From positions 3,601 to 62,702 of the forward strand of contig MQRK01219643.1 of NCBI GenBank assembly GCA_001938485.1: DNA of 59,102 nucleotides, read 5' to 3'. This document shows positions 1 through 14,230 of the stretch, one piece after another. Position 1 is the stretch's first letter, and each line of letters starts with the position of its first letter. Origin of the DNA: Girardia tigrina. Lineage: Eukaryota. The notes beneath the pieces were generated by a model. It saw only the letters and a list, made by a program, of their open reading frames with translations, did not search any database and was not told the DNA's origin. A program made the translations under genes and the position numbers.

Positions 1-527
1 TTCAAGATTTATAAATACAGAATAAACTATCATTTGGGTTTTCTTTCGGAAAAGGGAGAAGCTCATCAATTTGGTAAAAGACCGTGTCCGAGATCTGAAC
101 TAATCGACATATTGCTCAGTGTAAAATNNNNNNNNNNNNNNNNNNNNNNNNNNNNNNNNNNNNNNNNNNNNNNNNNNNNNNNNNNNNNNNNNNNNNNNNN
201 NNNNNNNNNNNNNNNNNNNNNNNNNNNNNNNNNNNNNNNNNNNNNNNNNNNNNNNNNNNNNNNNNNNNNNNNNNNNNNNNNNNNNNNNNNNNNNNNNNNN
301 NNNNNNNNNNNNNNNNNNNNNNNNNNNNNNNNNNNNNNNNNNNNNNNNNNNNNNNNNNNNNNNNTCATTATTAGCTTCATGTTTTGATTAAATAATATTT
401 TTCCTTCATTCCCCAAGAATATATATTCCCACACACAACACATAAAGGAAACAAGGCACCACGCACACGTGCACATAAATAAGCAAAGTTCTGAACTCAG
501 CAATCACACATCACGGCTAACACGAGA

Positions 528-3500
528 ATGACAAATGACAAACATTCTTTTTTGGATAATCAGAACTCTATTGAACTTTACAGTATCCAAAATCAAAAAA
601 AACATTTAGCGCATATGAAAGATCAAATTGGGAGTCCTCATCGATTTAAAAGAAAACGGGGAAAATTTTGTGGTTACCGTAACACCTACGAGTCATATAA
701 TGAACGACGCTTCTGGGAGGAACGATTTCAGTACACTATTGTAGGAATTTATACGCATCAGCGAGGAAATAAATCAAAATTAAACAAAAAGGTCAGAATT
801 AGAAAGAGGAAGATAAAAAAAGGTGCCGATCAAAAGACACCAATTTTATTAACATATATGTCTGAATGTGTAAAAGTATTCACTTATAATGTCAGATATA
901 ATATAATTTGCTGTGTGTATTGAATTTAATCACCAAATAAGCGTCTTATAAAGCTCATAAAGTATTTTAAAGTGTTATAAATCACATTTGATAACTATAC
1001 CAAAAGGAAATCGGTGTAGCTAATTATTTTCGTTCAGAAAGGGCGAAAATATAAGAAAAGAAGAATAACCATCAAAAACGAAATTATTTACTTTTAGAAA
1101 AACCAAAGATCTTACAGGAATCTATACGAACCGCTCAAAAATATAAAAGTGTATGTATAGATAATAAAATAAATGAATCACAGCGGACGGTAAAATTTAT
1201 CAATTCCAGATATGCTAGTAGTAATCACTATGAATGGAGAATAGAAAAATTGGAACCGAGATGATTATTATGGAACTACTAGTAGTGAATGGAACAATAT
1301 TTCATGAAAATATGACAATGACCAACCACTCAACGATCAACAGTAAAGCGACGACTACTATCAAGGGCAAGTTTATTACCTCAATGATCAAGAGGAATAA
1401 GACGATATAATGAAACCTCCAATGACTATCAAATTCGAACTTTGGCATCTGGAAATGAACATCTTAAAATCAAACTTGCAAGATATCAACAACAATTTGA
1501 ACCAATGATAGACACCTCACAACAGAACGAAAGTAATTCGAATTTCAGAACGGAACGGAATGAATATGTGGAAATATAGAAAGGAAGGAAATAGATCAGA
1601 CACGACTTGGAAGAGTTAATGAGAGAGGACTGCCACAAATTTATTAATTAAGATTAGAAGAATCTCATGGAATAGAATTTCGACGGTTATTCGATGAAAG
1701 GGAAGCTTTTGATACAAGTGAAAACAGAACGGAAGAGAGTATGCAGTGAATTAACAAAAATCGAGAATGGAAAGGAGTAATAGAACAGAACGAAATGAAA
1801 ATAGAAACGAAAGTGAAAGAAGGCGATTTATATGGAGTTGGAAGTTTGATTGATGAGGCGAAAAGAAAGGACAAAGAAGGTAATGATGAATTAAAAGGCA
1901 GATAAATACACTAAAGCGTAAATACCCACGTAACAAAAAAAAGAGAAATCATAAAGTTCGAGATGTAGAAGAAGGCGACAAAAAAAATACGAAAGGAAAA
2001 ATCTTAATCACTCAAAGAAAGAGACAAAGAGGCTGCCATAGGTTCACTCTTTACAAGAAAGCCCCAATAAAAAAAATGTGCGACAAATGCCAATGAGATG
2101 TTCGAGAAATCAAATCGTCATTTGATAATGAGAAGTTTTTATCATGATATTAAGAGGAGTAGAAAGACGACAAAAGCTGGTAATTTTATTACTGAATTAA
2201 TCGTTTTAGCCACTCCAATCGGCCCAGCTTTTTAAAAAATGTAAAAACTAATAAAATTTCCAAGAGAAAAAATAAATCAAATCAGAAAATTCAACGATCA
2301 AAAAAGAAACTGACGCCGAATTACAAATGGAAATCTGACACAAATCGAGAAATGCAGCAACCAGAGGATCGATCCTGACGAAACTAATAAATCTACCAAA
2401 AATGATCTACGAATCACTGACAACTAATAAACCAGAGCATGAAGAAACTGTGTGGATCGAGGACGCCGACTCGATTGAGAGCCCTTCAGCACCTTGAGTT
2501 TCAACGGCCGACATGGACGACCAATGACGAGACGATAACTTCACGGTTCGGACACCGGACCGAACACGATCGGAACGTTTGTATGGTATCAAAAGTCGAA
2601 CGGAACAATTGTAAATGATGAACTATAACTAGTTGTATTATCATGAATGGATCAATATGCATACAAAGTGACTACCGAACTTGATAAACAATACTGATTC
2701 ATAATACGTGATTTTATATCCATACACTGCATATAATCTTTATATATTTCTTATCTTTCTATTACGTACCTTTCATCCTGTGTATATATATTTTTATTGA
2801 ATCTCGGGACGAGATTTCAACGGAGGAGGGAGGAATGTTACGATCGAGAGTAATATGACTGAGTTTTATATCTCTCGCCAGACCCTTTCCATCCACTACA
2901 CCACCACGTGAGCACAGAATTATTGTGAAGTTTGTGAATAGTCAAACTCGACTATTCCCGTTACGTTTAAGTACTCTGTGAGTCAACGGAGTGGCGAGGT
3001 CCGGAGGGGTCTGAGAGCCAGCCTTGAGATTACTTATGAACCCGGGATTGCTCGGAGAACGTGCTGGATACCTTTAGAAAACCTTTTGAAATCGTCTAAA
3101 ACCAAAATAGCAATTAACTAACCTTAATTAAGTTAATTAAAAAGTTACCCGTAATGAATCAACCTGAATCATGCAGCCGCACGATTTTCGGAACACAGCC
3201 ACAGAGATAAACATATTTCATATGGCAAATTGACATCGAAGCGGGTGGTCTTGTCGGAGTGGCACGCGGGTAGCAATCTAAAGATAAACAATAGTTAAGT
3301 CAAGTCTGGAGTGATAAACGAGCAACAACAAACCTTGTGAATAAACATCTGCCGATATTCCATTTTTGACGAACGACTTACCGAGAGGCCGAATCGCAGG
3401 TCGACAACTAACCGGTATCCGGTAGGTCCACAGTCACCGACAATCTAAATAATAGAATCAGTAATACAATTGCAATCTCGCAATGCCTTACCCGAGTGAC

Positions 3501-3911
3501 ATTCGCGAATCAATCGAGAGGCAGGCAGGCATCAAAATGTAAACAGGATGACGAGTGTCTCGGACAGTGTGCACATGACATCATACATAAATACTGATGT
3601 ATTTCCTGCACGACGCACACTGTTACGCGCACACATCTTTTTACACACACTACACACACTACCTTGCAAGCCAATTTATTTTATTTTAACACAATTTTTT
3701 ACAGAACCGCTACTCTCTTTTATTATTTCGTACGCTCATTACTACACCGATTTCGTTAATATTACCTTGCGTACTCATCTGTTATTATTATTTTATCGTC
3801 TAATTTTGATTGTGGAAGAATCTCCGAACAAGGTAATAACTACCCTTTCATTATCTTTTATTTTGAATATTATTTTCATTATTATTTGTTGATTGCGATT
3901 ATTCTGTCACG
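528..3911 (+). mobile_element. Heavily degraded LTR retrotransposon (Gypsy-like) with probable 3' LTR starting at 2836
   Basis: A-rich broken coding-like sequence; TCTCGGGACGAGATT (SRDEI, common at Gypsy pol ends); polypurine tract GGAGGAGGGAGGAA then TGTTAC at 2836. Outer limits approximate. Confidence 0.5.
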
Positions 3912-5658
3912 CGATTTTACGAATTTTAATACATTCGAATTTTAATACGAATTTTAATGCGTCTGTTCCCTTCAACCATGAGTGATCATCGAAAAGAGTA
4001 CAAAACACACACGAGTTGCCGTTGATCTCTAAAAAACAGAAGGGGGCTCTGAGCTTACAAAAATGTTGAAAAAAGTGGAACACGACATATTGAAGAATAG
4101 TGCTTAAGTTTACAAAAGTTGTCGGAGAATGAAAGTCATCGATAAAAGTTAGTTTCAGTCTCAATTATTTTTCTGCACTTCAAACTTGAAAAGAACCAAT
4201 TTGTTCGAGTATTAAATTGTCACAGTGCTTAGTTTTAAAAAGTATGGTTTGACAAAGTTTGACAAAACGAATAAACGGAAATAAATCAGTCTTACTTGAT
4301 TTACATGGTGGCTACTTGCTCTAATTATCTATATTTATTATACAAATTTAGTTTTAAATTCTAATAAGAAAACAACTAATATCTGATAATATGTTTATCA
4401 TAACTTACATATATATAGTAATGATAAATAAATAAACATGTTTATACAGTATCCTTACTGGTAGAGTCAAAGTCTTATAATGCATTATCTAATCTATGAA
4501 GATATCGTATATAAGACACAATTTAAGTCTTCGAGCTATTTATTTAATCAAAAAATTTAGACATGGCGTTTTATAGTTTCGAAAGCTTTAAGAAATCAAG
4601 ATACTTTTTAATAATGGAAGTTTCAATCATCATGTTTGTTTTGTCTTTTCCGGGTTGCCAAAGTGACATTCTCTTGCGGAAAATAAATTCGGATTATCTG
4701 GATATTGGGGGAAACGAATATGACAGTTATTATCGAGAGATAGAAAAACATTTTGTTGATGACATTCATGAAGAAGACATTTCTAATAAAATATTAAAAG
4801 AATTTCAGTGGGAAATCGAACATCCGGAAAATGATAAAAAGTGGTGGGGAAATTGTTTAGAAAGGAAAAAAAAACTAGTAACTGCATTTGTAGAATATTA
4901 ATAATTATTTTATCATTCTTATCCATCTTATGTATCTTTATTAATATCATTATTTTATTCATGTACATAAGTTCAATTCTCATGATAAAGAAGTGACAAT
5001 TAAGATAAAGATTAGATTCAAAATATATTTATATTTGCAATAAAATATTTTTTATAATAAGTTGATGGAAAGTGGTTAAGAAATTCTCGATTCAAATTGA
5101 TTCAAGATGAAATACGATTTACAATCTTCTCTTGTAACCTTCATTCAGTGATGCTAGTACATCCTTTTAATATAACAATTTTGAAAGAGGATAAACTCTC
5201 TTTTTCGGAAGTCTTGGAATAATGTTTATGGACAGCAGATGTACTTTGGGCAACTCAGATTTCGGTGATTAAATATTTGTAGTCAAAGATATGAAAAATA
5301 ATTACGTTAACAACTTCTTTTTCATAAGTTGCTTGTGAAGTTTTAAACAGGTATTACATTCCTTTTTCAATGTAAAATTAATTAATGATTTGAATTTTTG
5401 TTAAAAAATAAATGTTTAGTTACATAATGAATGAAATCAATGCAATATTTTAATTTCTTTCAGTAAATACTTCATCCAAGAAAGAATGCTCTACAAAAAT
5501 ACTTCATAAATTTTCAAAACTTCTTACGCTTTTCACATATTGTATTGTAGATTTAGGAGAGTCATATTTCATGCATAAAAATATCTTTGTCTTTTGTCCT
5601 GATCCCTTATGACAAGCTACCGATACTACTATCAATGTTAATGTAGCAAAAAACTCAC

Positions 5659-6046
5659 AAATTCTTCAAGTTCAGAACTGCTCGTCCCGAGAGATGATCA
5701 AGTGAGACACGGTAAAGTAGTAACCAGACAGGCTCTGATTTGATATCGAGTCGATCACCGGACGCTAAATTGAGGTTAAAAGACTGAGGCTCATGTTCAG
5801 TGTATTGTTTTTTAGAGTGAAAGTAATTCGGATGGATTTCATTGTTTTCTGAAAGGCCTGTGAAATGCAAGGCGTATTTGTTGGAAGGCCGATGGAGAAT
5901 GTGTGGATCTTCATTCGTGAACAAAGATCGAGCAACACCTCAAAATAATTCAATAAAGAAATTCCTCTGACCAGATTTACCATACGTTCGAGCTCTAGCG
6001 GTCGGTGGAGTCTGAAATGAAACTGTGTGTATCATTTGGCATGGAT
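5659..6046 (-). CDS. Two spliced exons of an unidentified gene or gene fragment
   Basis: Exons 6046-5981 and 5938-5659 joined by a 42-nt GT-AG intron give about 115 open codons (DPCQMIHTVSFQTPP...RAVLNLKN); good splice sites; no family recognised. Confidence 0.45.
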
Positions 6047-6366
6047 CTGGAAAAAGAAATTGATAAGAACCAAATGTTCTTATTTTAATGGAAATAGAAA
6101 TAAATTTTGGATTACGTAAAATTAAGTATTGCTTTTGATTAATTAAATTTGGGATGAGAAATTTGACCAAATTAATAGTGTTGCAAATAAAAATCTAATT
6201 TTTCATCGATAAAAATAAATTAAACATATTTTAGCTCCACTGTAAATTCCATTCATTAATATTATGTATTCTTTGTTAATAAAACGGGATATTGTATTTA
6301 ATTGAAACTGTAGAAATATATATTTTAAAAAATAAAAAGATGCAAAAGTTACTGTTTTATGCATTT

Positions 6367-6480
6367 ATTTATTTATTTGCATTTCTTACACTATCCTTCT
6401 GATAGGAACTTCAGGGTGTAATTATATCTCTTTTCCTTGATTGCTACGGAGTTGCGGTCTTGAGGACATGACTGTACTTT
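6367..6480 (+). repeat. About 114-bp direct repeat, second copy at 7560-7673 (includes a minus-strand splice donor)
   Basis: Direct comparison shows about 4 substitutions. Confidence 0.9.
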
Positions 6481-6550
6481 TTTGAGGGTAATTAATTGCC
6501 TTTCCATCTATCTGGAAATTGTATTCCTGCTGCACGGCATTCTTCCTGTT

Positions 6551-7110
6551 TTAAATAAAAACTGCTTTTGTTGTGGCTCGAACGATTTGAATCATCTCGT
6601 CTGGAAGGACTTGGATCAGACTCTGTATAACGTCATTCAATTCATCGACTTGAGTTTCTCGTAACAAAGTCAACACTTATGACGCGAGCGGATGAGGATG
6701 ATTACCAATTACATTTTTAACATGTTTTTATCGTTGCAGGAGGAACTCGGATACAGTGATAATTAAATTCATCACCGTTTTCAATACGTCCTTTCGTTTT
6801 GAACTGATCTCATTCAACAAATTCACCGCGGAATAATTCGGTGTCGAATCGGATAAAATATCAAACAACAATCGACAACGCTCCCCCGAGGCCACTGCTC
6901 ATCATGTTCAGTATGACTCAGCATTTTGTTCTATAAAATTTTTTCGACCAAAATTTTAACATTGAGACAATTAAATTGAATTTGAGAGATAAATTTCATC
7001 AAAAACACATCATGATGGGGAATTAGTTCTTTTTTCTCATAAATCACAACCGAATCGATCACTTTCTTCGAATGGAGTCGCACCCATTTTATTTTTGATC
7101 TTCTGGACAT
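6551..7110 (-). pseudogene. Importin-7/8-like gene fragment with stops, frameshift and internal deletion
   Basis: Segments MLSHTEHDEQW, FDILSDSTPNYSAVNLLNEISSKRKDVLKTVM and LLRETQVDELNDVIQSLI resemble importin-7 MCYTDADEELW, SKRKEVLQKTM and IIRETENDDLTNVIQKMI (recalled, not aligned); two in-frame TAA. Confidence 0.65.
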
Positions 7111-7741
7111 CAGTCCCGTCAAGCAATTGAAATTAGTTTCGATAAAATCATTCGATAAAATTAATTATTTCGAATATCAATAATCAAATTCGTTTCTCTT
7201 CTTATTATCGACAAAATTCATTAATTCTACACTCGAAATTAACGTGATATCCGACGGTATTTTTATTTTATAATGACTGGATTTAATGTCATTATGAAAA
7301 AAATAATCCTGATCGATGTTTTAGTATCTGTGAATTCATTAACGAAATTATTTATATTCACGAAGATTAAAACACAATATTCAAATTTGTATTGATTCAA
7401 CATTTTATTCACCATTCAAAATTAACTTGATTTACACCAATATTATTAAAACAAAAAAAATTTCTTTTCTGGTTTTTTCAGATAATATTTTTTTTACAAA
7501 AAAACCAATTTTTACAAAAATTTTTTTCACAAAAAAACAATACATAAATAAATATATTTATTTATTTATTTACATTTCTTACATTATCCTTCTGATAGGA
7601 ACTTCAGGGTGTAATTGTATCTCTTTTCCTTGATTGCTACTGAGTTGCGGTCTTGAGGACATGACTGTACTTTCTTGAATAATTCCATTTTTTAATAAAA
7701 AATATATGTTTTCTTATCAATCTGGAACAGCTTTATTACCC

Positions 7742-8075
7742 TCATGAAGGCAGTGGGATTTTCATCTAGGAATTATAGAATCTTCATTCCTAATTCTTCC
7801 GATACTATATGTTTCTGTGGCTGCCACGATGGCGGACATTGACACAGACATTCTTCTAGTATTAGTAAATGATACGCCTTGCGGCTGATTTCTAACTGAT
7901 GAAACAAATATATGTAGTCTTTCCCAGGTTCGTATGCTTCAACCAGATGCTGCTTGAAAATTCTAAAGGTTTTTTCGCAATGAAAAGATATTTAAGGTAG
8001 AAAACTTACGATTTTTATGTTTTTCCACTTTTCTGAGCTGATATGAACCGCTGTTTCGGTTCTTGAACTAGAAGC
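7742..8075 (-). pseudogene. Exon-like fragments of an unidentified gene with a stop codon
   Basis: Raised GC, gtaag...ttag intron of about 47 nt, IFKQHLVEAYEPG...KIL*FLDENP. Confidence 0.35.
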
Positions 8076-9130
8076 TGAGAATAAATTACAAATATCATCA
8101 CATATATTACAAAGTGCATCATTCGTTTTATAAAACTTTATATTATTAAATGACACTTTATTAACTAATGGTCATAATATTATATGTGTATGAATGTGTG
8201 TTAAAGGGATAGGACATATTATTTTATCAAATTTCGATTATCGAACAGACATTTGAGAAGGGATTCATTTTATTTAAGCATTTTTATTTGTTAAATTTTC
8301 TTTATCTTTTAATTTTAGACCTAATTTAATTTTGACTTATTATATAATGCATACGTTGTATTATTGAATGGACATAGTTAAAATTATTTCTGAAATACAT
8401 GAAGACATTGTTTAATTCAGATTGCAAGAAAGATGTTAGCTTAAACCAAATTTTATCCGACAAACGAATCTCATTAATACGAATCACCAAATATTTTCTA
8501 TTTTCCTTAATTCCAATTGGAACAATTATGTAATCTAGGCATTTTAATTTGTTGAAATAATAAAATGCATACTGAAAATCTGAACTTTATTTCCAAAATT
8601 CACTATTAGTATATTTGTGCGACAAAATCATTTCAGATAATTGGCATATATGTAATGTAGAAGCGAAACGAAACGACACCATTCTGCGCTCATGACTAAC
8701 AAGTTAAAATCTCTACAGACTTTCCATATTTTATTTTTGGTGTGTATGTATTCCTTATCAAATGTACATATCATGTTTATTTGCTTATGTATTTTTATTA
8801 GCATCAGTTTTATTTTTTTAGTACAGAAATATTGAAAGAAACTCCAAAATTTTGAAAGAAAAGATTTTCTTATTTTAAAAGTCAAAGAAGTCAAAAAGAA
8901 AGTTCAAAGTATTATTTTTCCCCCTTGCATTAAAATAATAATTATGAAAGATCATAATTATTATTATTGACCAAAAATTTATGAAATGAAAAAAAATCTA
9001 CATTGTCATGAGTGCATTAAATAATGAGTTTGAAATTTATCCAAAACAGAAAAGGGCACTAAAATAATTACTTTGGATTTTACTAAAAGAGAAAAGTTCA
9101 TTTTAACAAATTCAACGAATCCAATAAATA

Positions 9131-10781
9131 CAGTACGGATAAAATTAACCGGGACAAGCCTAAAATTTCATTTTTTCCACAAAACCAGCGTCATACTTGC
9201 TGTACAGAGGGAGAGCACACTGCATATGACATATGTTTCTACTACCTGTGTTGTTCTCTCTTACACGCACATGCACACACACGTGAGTAATAGTCAAAGC
9301 CAAGTAAATGAACTCACATGCACACACATTAAGTAGAAGCCAAAATATACTGTAAGTAATGACACACACACTACACGCCAGTAAATTATGTCTGTTATTT
9401 GGTATGGGGAGTCTATAAAGAAATTCTCAGAAAGCCATTATTTGTCATTCTGTTCTGCAGGCGCAATGAGTGATACCACATTAGGGAATCGAGAGCGGAT
9501 AATTGCATTGTATTTGCACACCAGTAACACGCAACGCAAGATTGCTACAGATTTGAATTTATCGAAGAGTTATGTGAATCGTATCATTACGAGATGGAAT
9601 TCTAAAGGAAGCGCAGAGAGTGGACGAAATGGACATTTCGACAGGAAGAGAAGTTGACCAGGCATGCTCAGAGTCTTATCTTTCAGGAAGCTAAGAAGTT
9701 TCCAACGAAGACTGCTCAGGAAATTCGCAGCAGAATGGGCAGCATTGGCTAGAGTGTGTGCCTCGACACAGTGAAGAAACTCCTTAGAAAATTTGGCCTG
9801 TATGCCTATCGACCACTTGGGATTCCCTTCATTAACACCAACCGCAAAAAAGATAGACACCAATGGGCTTACATGCATGCGGTGTACGACGAGGATGACT
9901 AGAATCAAGTAAGCAAAATTTCATTTAATTGTCATTGCTTACCTTATTTTCATGTCACTGCTGGTCCCAACCCTTACTGTACAGGTCATATTTAGTGACG
10001 AGACAACGGTGGAATTGGGATACAAAACAAAACCATTCGTTCGACGTTCAAAGGGTTGTCGCATTCGTGAGGTACACACTGTCCGGAATGTAACATTCGC
10101 CCGGAAAGTGATGTTTTGGGGAATCATATCTGCGAAAGGTCCGGGCTGCCTCGTCAAAGGTATGTCAACCTTCTGCAGCAATATCTCCTACCGCAGGCTG
10201 CCTCGACACAGTGAAAAAGGGTTGTCGCATTCGTGAGGTACACACTGTCCGGAATGTAACATTCGCCCGGAAAGTGATGTTTTGGGGAATCATATCTGCG
10301 AAAGGTCCGGGCTGCCTCGTCAAAGGTATGTCAACCTTCTGCAGCAATATGATTTTCCCAATAGCCCCTTGGAGTTTCAACAGGATAATGCGTTCTGTCA
10401 CAAGGCAGAGCGAACCATGGCCTTCTTCCATCAGCAAGGCATCCAGCTCCTTGATTTGGCGCCCTACTCACCGGATGTTAGCCCTATTGAGAATGTATGG
10501 GGTATGCTGAAACGAAAAGTTTACAAGGTTGGCAGCGCCTCCACAGTTGAAGAAGTAATTGCGCAAGCTCAAAACCTTTGGCACAATGACAATAACATTC
10601 ATAACCTGTGCGTGTCCCTCTGCTCAAATATGTCTGAGAGTCCATACACTGTTAAACAGTCGTAGGGGTCCCATTTTCCTATAAAATAAACACCTGCTTG
10701 CTTGGATTTCATCTGTGATATGTTTTTGTTGGGGGAAAAATTGAAATTTTAGACTTGTCCCGGTTAATTTTATCCGTACTG
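9131..10781 (+). mobile_element. Tc1 (DD34E) transposon, defective, intron-containing
   Basis: TA|CAGTACGGATAAAATTAACCGGGACAAG...CTTGTCCCGGTTAATTTTATCCGTACTG|TA; HTH, VIFSDE, FQQDNA, SPDVSPIENVW; intron 9909-9984; internal duplication. Confidence 0.95.
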
Positions 10782-11749
10782 TACAACGTTCCATCACCAG
10801 AAAAGTTGGGTATATTTTTATTATTTAGTTAACTGACATTACTAACTGCGATCATGTTTGAAATTGGTTATCAATATTATTTAGTTATCTATTCTTTCTT
10901 TTTATTTATTAAAGTATGTTTACAAATCTGTTAGATTGCTTGATTTGTCAGCTTCCTTAATATCTAACTCATATAATTGACTAGGAAATAAAATGCAAAC
11001 ATACATATTATTTGTTTCCTAAATAAATGATGTTATTTCTTTTGTTATAAAGCCGTTACTATAATAAGCATAATTTGTGCATTTATGACATATAAACTAT
11101 GCATTAAAACGCGGTCTTCGTTTACCTTTGTGTTAAAAAATGAAATAATAGCCCTTGTTAAGATAATAAATTTAAAAATTCTTTAAAATCGTGTCATTTA
11201 TAGCTTCACGTTTTACGAAGAATAAATGTTAAAAGAAGTTTTTCTAATGCCGAGACGTAACGCTATAATGTGCTTGATCATACTAGTTCTTAATATAGGG
11301 CTGTGATTTGAATTATACGTGAATGTTGCACCGTAGTGTACAGATTTCTTCATTAGTATTTCTGTCTATTGAAATGGAAATTATCGAAACAATAGATTTT
11401 GATAATATAACTGAAAAAAATACCAATACGAATGCAAAGAAAGTTAAATTAAATTAAAAGTTATTTATTTACATTTTCTTTGGTAATATAGATAACCAAT
11501 GTACTAAGAGTAATATTTTATATTAAAAAATATTGATAGCAGTAAATAAATTTGAAATTGCATAATATTTATTCTTTTATTTACTTCTATATTTTTATCA
11601 TTATACGTTTCGAAACAAATTTCAACTTTGGCATAAAATGGCTCAAAATCCTAGCCATGCAACTGATTAACCATAAAAGTTTACGTTTTTCTTTGTTCTA
11701 TAGAACCGAGTTAATTTGCTTCCCATTCGCATAAAAAGGCAAATTGTTA

Positions 11750-14230
11750 CACCTTCTGGGATTATCATATTTCCCAAGGATGGTTTTGTAGCACTGCACT
11801 CAAAGATGTCAGTCAGCCTCTGTCAGAAATTGAACTTTACATGATTTTCAGAGTCTTATTTCATAATAACAGTCAAAATGTTCCAAGAAGAGTAGGCGTC
11901 AGATGTTGGGATTATAATGATGAATGACACATAAAAATATATTTTCCAATTGAACACTGTTATTATTATAAGAAAAAAGGACGCTTTTAAACTCAATGTT
12001 ATCAAATTGAAAACATATTTCTAAAAAGGGGACAATTTAACCCCCTCAGAAATCAAAATTGGTACAATAGACGAACAGATCACCCGATAAATCAATTATC
12101 AAGAAGGTAATACTCAAACTGAGCTCTTACAATCGCAGAAGTCATGGAGAAAGATTAGAATAACGTTTATGATGAAAAGAGTTTCAGAAATTTTAAAAGC
12201 AAAAAGTATTCAGACTAGAGATGTTTTTCTGATAATGGATTTGGAAACGAAGTAGCATGATTACAGTGAAAGTTGACCAATTTGTTTTACGGAATGAAAA
12301 TGTATGTTTATGTGTTTGATTGATTGTGTGAATGATTGTGTTTGTATGTTTGACCTTGGTAATTTTCCGAATGAAAATTATAAACTAACTAAAATAGAAA
12401 TATAAAATGAGAAGCATAATAGTTTTGTAACAAAAATGGGGAAAAAATCAGACGAAAAAGACTTTGCTTTAAGGTTATAGTTTTTGATGACCAAAATGTT
12501 TCAAATTCACTATCAAAGAATGAATGGGAATCCCAGTATAAGTTTATTAGATTTTGGATAGTTCTTCTTGCAAAGTTTTAAAAATCTTCAAATGACGGGC
12601 TTATTCTTTCTGTTGTTTCAGATTGGGACAGACGTGTAAAGTGTACTGAGCAAACAAACACCTTTGCTTGGTTTCCGCTTGTAAGCCGTTAAAATGCACC
12701 CATAAGCCGTAGCCAATGACTTGCTGTTGTCGATATCCTTGTTCTTTATCAGTTCGATCATATTTGGAAGCTCTCGCCGATTCCGGTCATTGCTGTATTC
12801 TTTTCAAGTAGTTTCAAAGCAAGTGACAGAGAAGTGTAGAAATTATCTGTTATGATATTGTAGCCCATTCTCAAATAACCTTTCATTAGCCACAAGACGA
12901 TATTTTAAACTAATGATTTATCTCCAGACAGATCTACATCTCTTCTAAGATACGGGAAACCATCACATAAATATTTGGTGTCGATATCTACCAACATAAA
13001 GAACTTGATGCCGAAATTGTCAGGCTTGTTACCCATATATTAGGTGAAGATATATCTTGCCTTTGTTGAAAAAAGCTGTTCATATATGCATAAATTTTCA
13101 GCAGGATTAAAGCACTTTCTGCAATTAACAATAAAGGGATGCCACAACTGAGAAGCAAACACAAACTTCTCCGAGAGTAAAATTTCGCTACGCTTTTGTT
13201 TGTAATTATATCGGGGAAAACCTAGTATTTCCATTGATTACCCCAGTCCTTGAACCAAAGAGATTATAATCGAAGATTTTGTCCCCCCTAGTACCTCTTG
13301 CATAAGTCAATCCAATCTGTACACAACACCCTTCTAGCCTATGCTGAAGTTCCTTCTTTAGTATTTTACTAAATAGCTTTATCAATGAATAGAAGAAATG
13401 CACTTAACAGTGATCCGACTTCAAGCCATCTACAAGCGTAAACAGTGAGTCCCAGTTTAATGCACAGAATGTGGTGTTTACGCGCTCGTGCAGTACTTCC
13501 AGCGACAATGACCAACGACTCAACGATCAACAGTAAAGCGACGACTACTATCAAGGACAAGTTTATTACCTCAATGATCAAGAGGAATAAGACGATATAA
13601 TGAAAACTCCAATGACTATCAAATTCGAACTTTGGCATCTGGAAATGAACATCTTAAAATCAAACTTGCAAGATATCAACAACAATTTGAACCAATGATA
13701 GACACCTCACAACAGAACGAAAGTAATTCGAATTTCAGAACGGAACGGAATGAATATGTGGAAATATAGAAAGGAAGGAAATAGATCAGACACGACTTGG
13801 AAGAGTTAATGAGAGAGGACTGCCACAAATTTATTAATTAAGATTAGAAGAATCTCATGGAATAGAATTTCGACGGTTATTCGATGAAAGGGAAGCTTTT
13901 GATACAAGTGAAAACAGAACCGAAGAGAGTATGCAGTGAATTAACAAAAATCGAGAAAGGAGTAATAGAACAGAACATTGCTAAGCAAGAGGCATTGGAA
14001 AATTCCTTATTTTCAATTGATGAGAAAACTACATTCTCATTTTCTTCATCATTCGAGTCAATCTCCTACATTATAAGATTTGCTCATTTCTAGTTTTACG
14101 CTAAATATTCTATGTTAGAACACTGCATGTTTACTTCATTATCTCCAGAGTCTTCTGGATTAATTGCTCATATGACATCCAAAAAGGCTTGACGTCTTAG
14201 CCGATAAGACATTCCTTTGTTGGATAATAT
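11750..14230 (-). mobile_element. Degraded piggyBac transposase remnant, interrupted at 13504-13976
   Basis: Reverse-strand YMGNKPDNFGIKFFMLVD...GFPYL...GYNIITDNFYTS near 12820-13040; element ends not resolved. Confidence 0.75.
13504..13976 (+). repeat. Near-identical direct copy of 1314-1791
   Basis: Direct comparison shows only a few substitutions and one 5-bp deletion. Confidence 0.95.

Noticed and set aside
34-503. ORFs 34-387 and 66-503 (also 15698-15892)
   Set aside because: Open only because they run through N-gaps.
4563-4901. 112-aa ORF
   Set aside because: No motif or splice support; left unannotated.
6551-7800. In-frame TAA codons suggesting a reassigned nuclear genetic code
   Set aside because: The 753-codon KIF23 has no internal TAA/TAG and uses CAA/CAG for Gln; these fragments also carry frameshifts and deletions, so they are pseudogenic.
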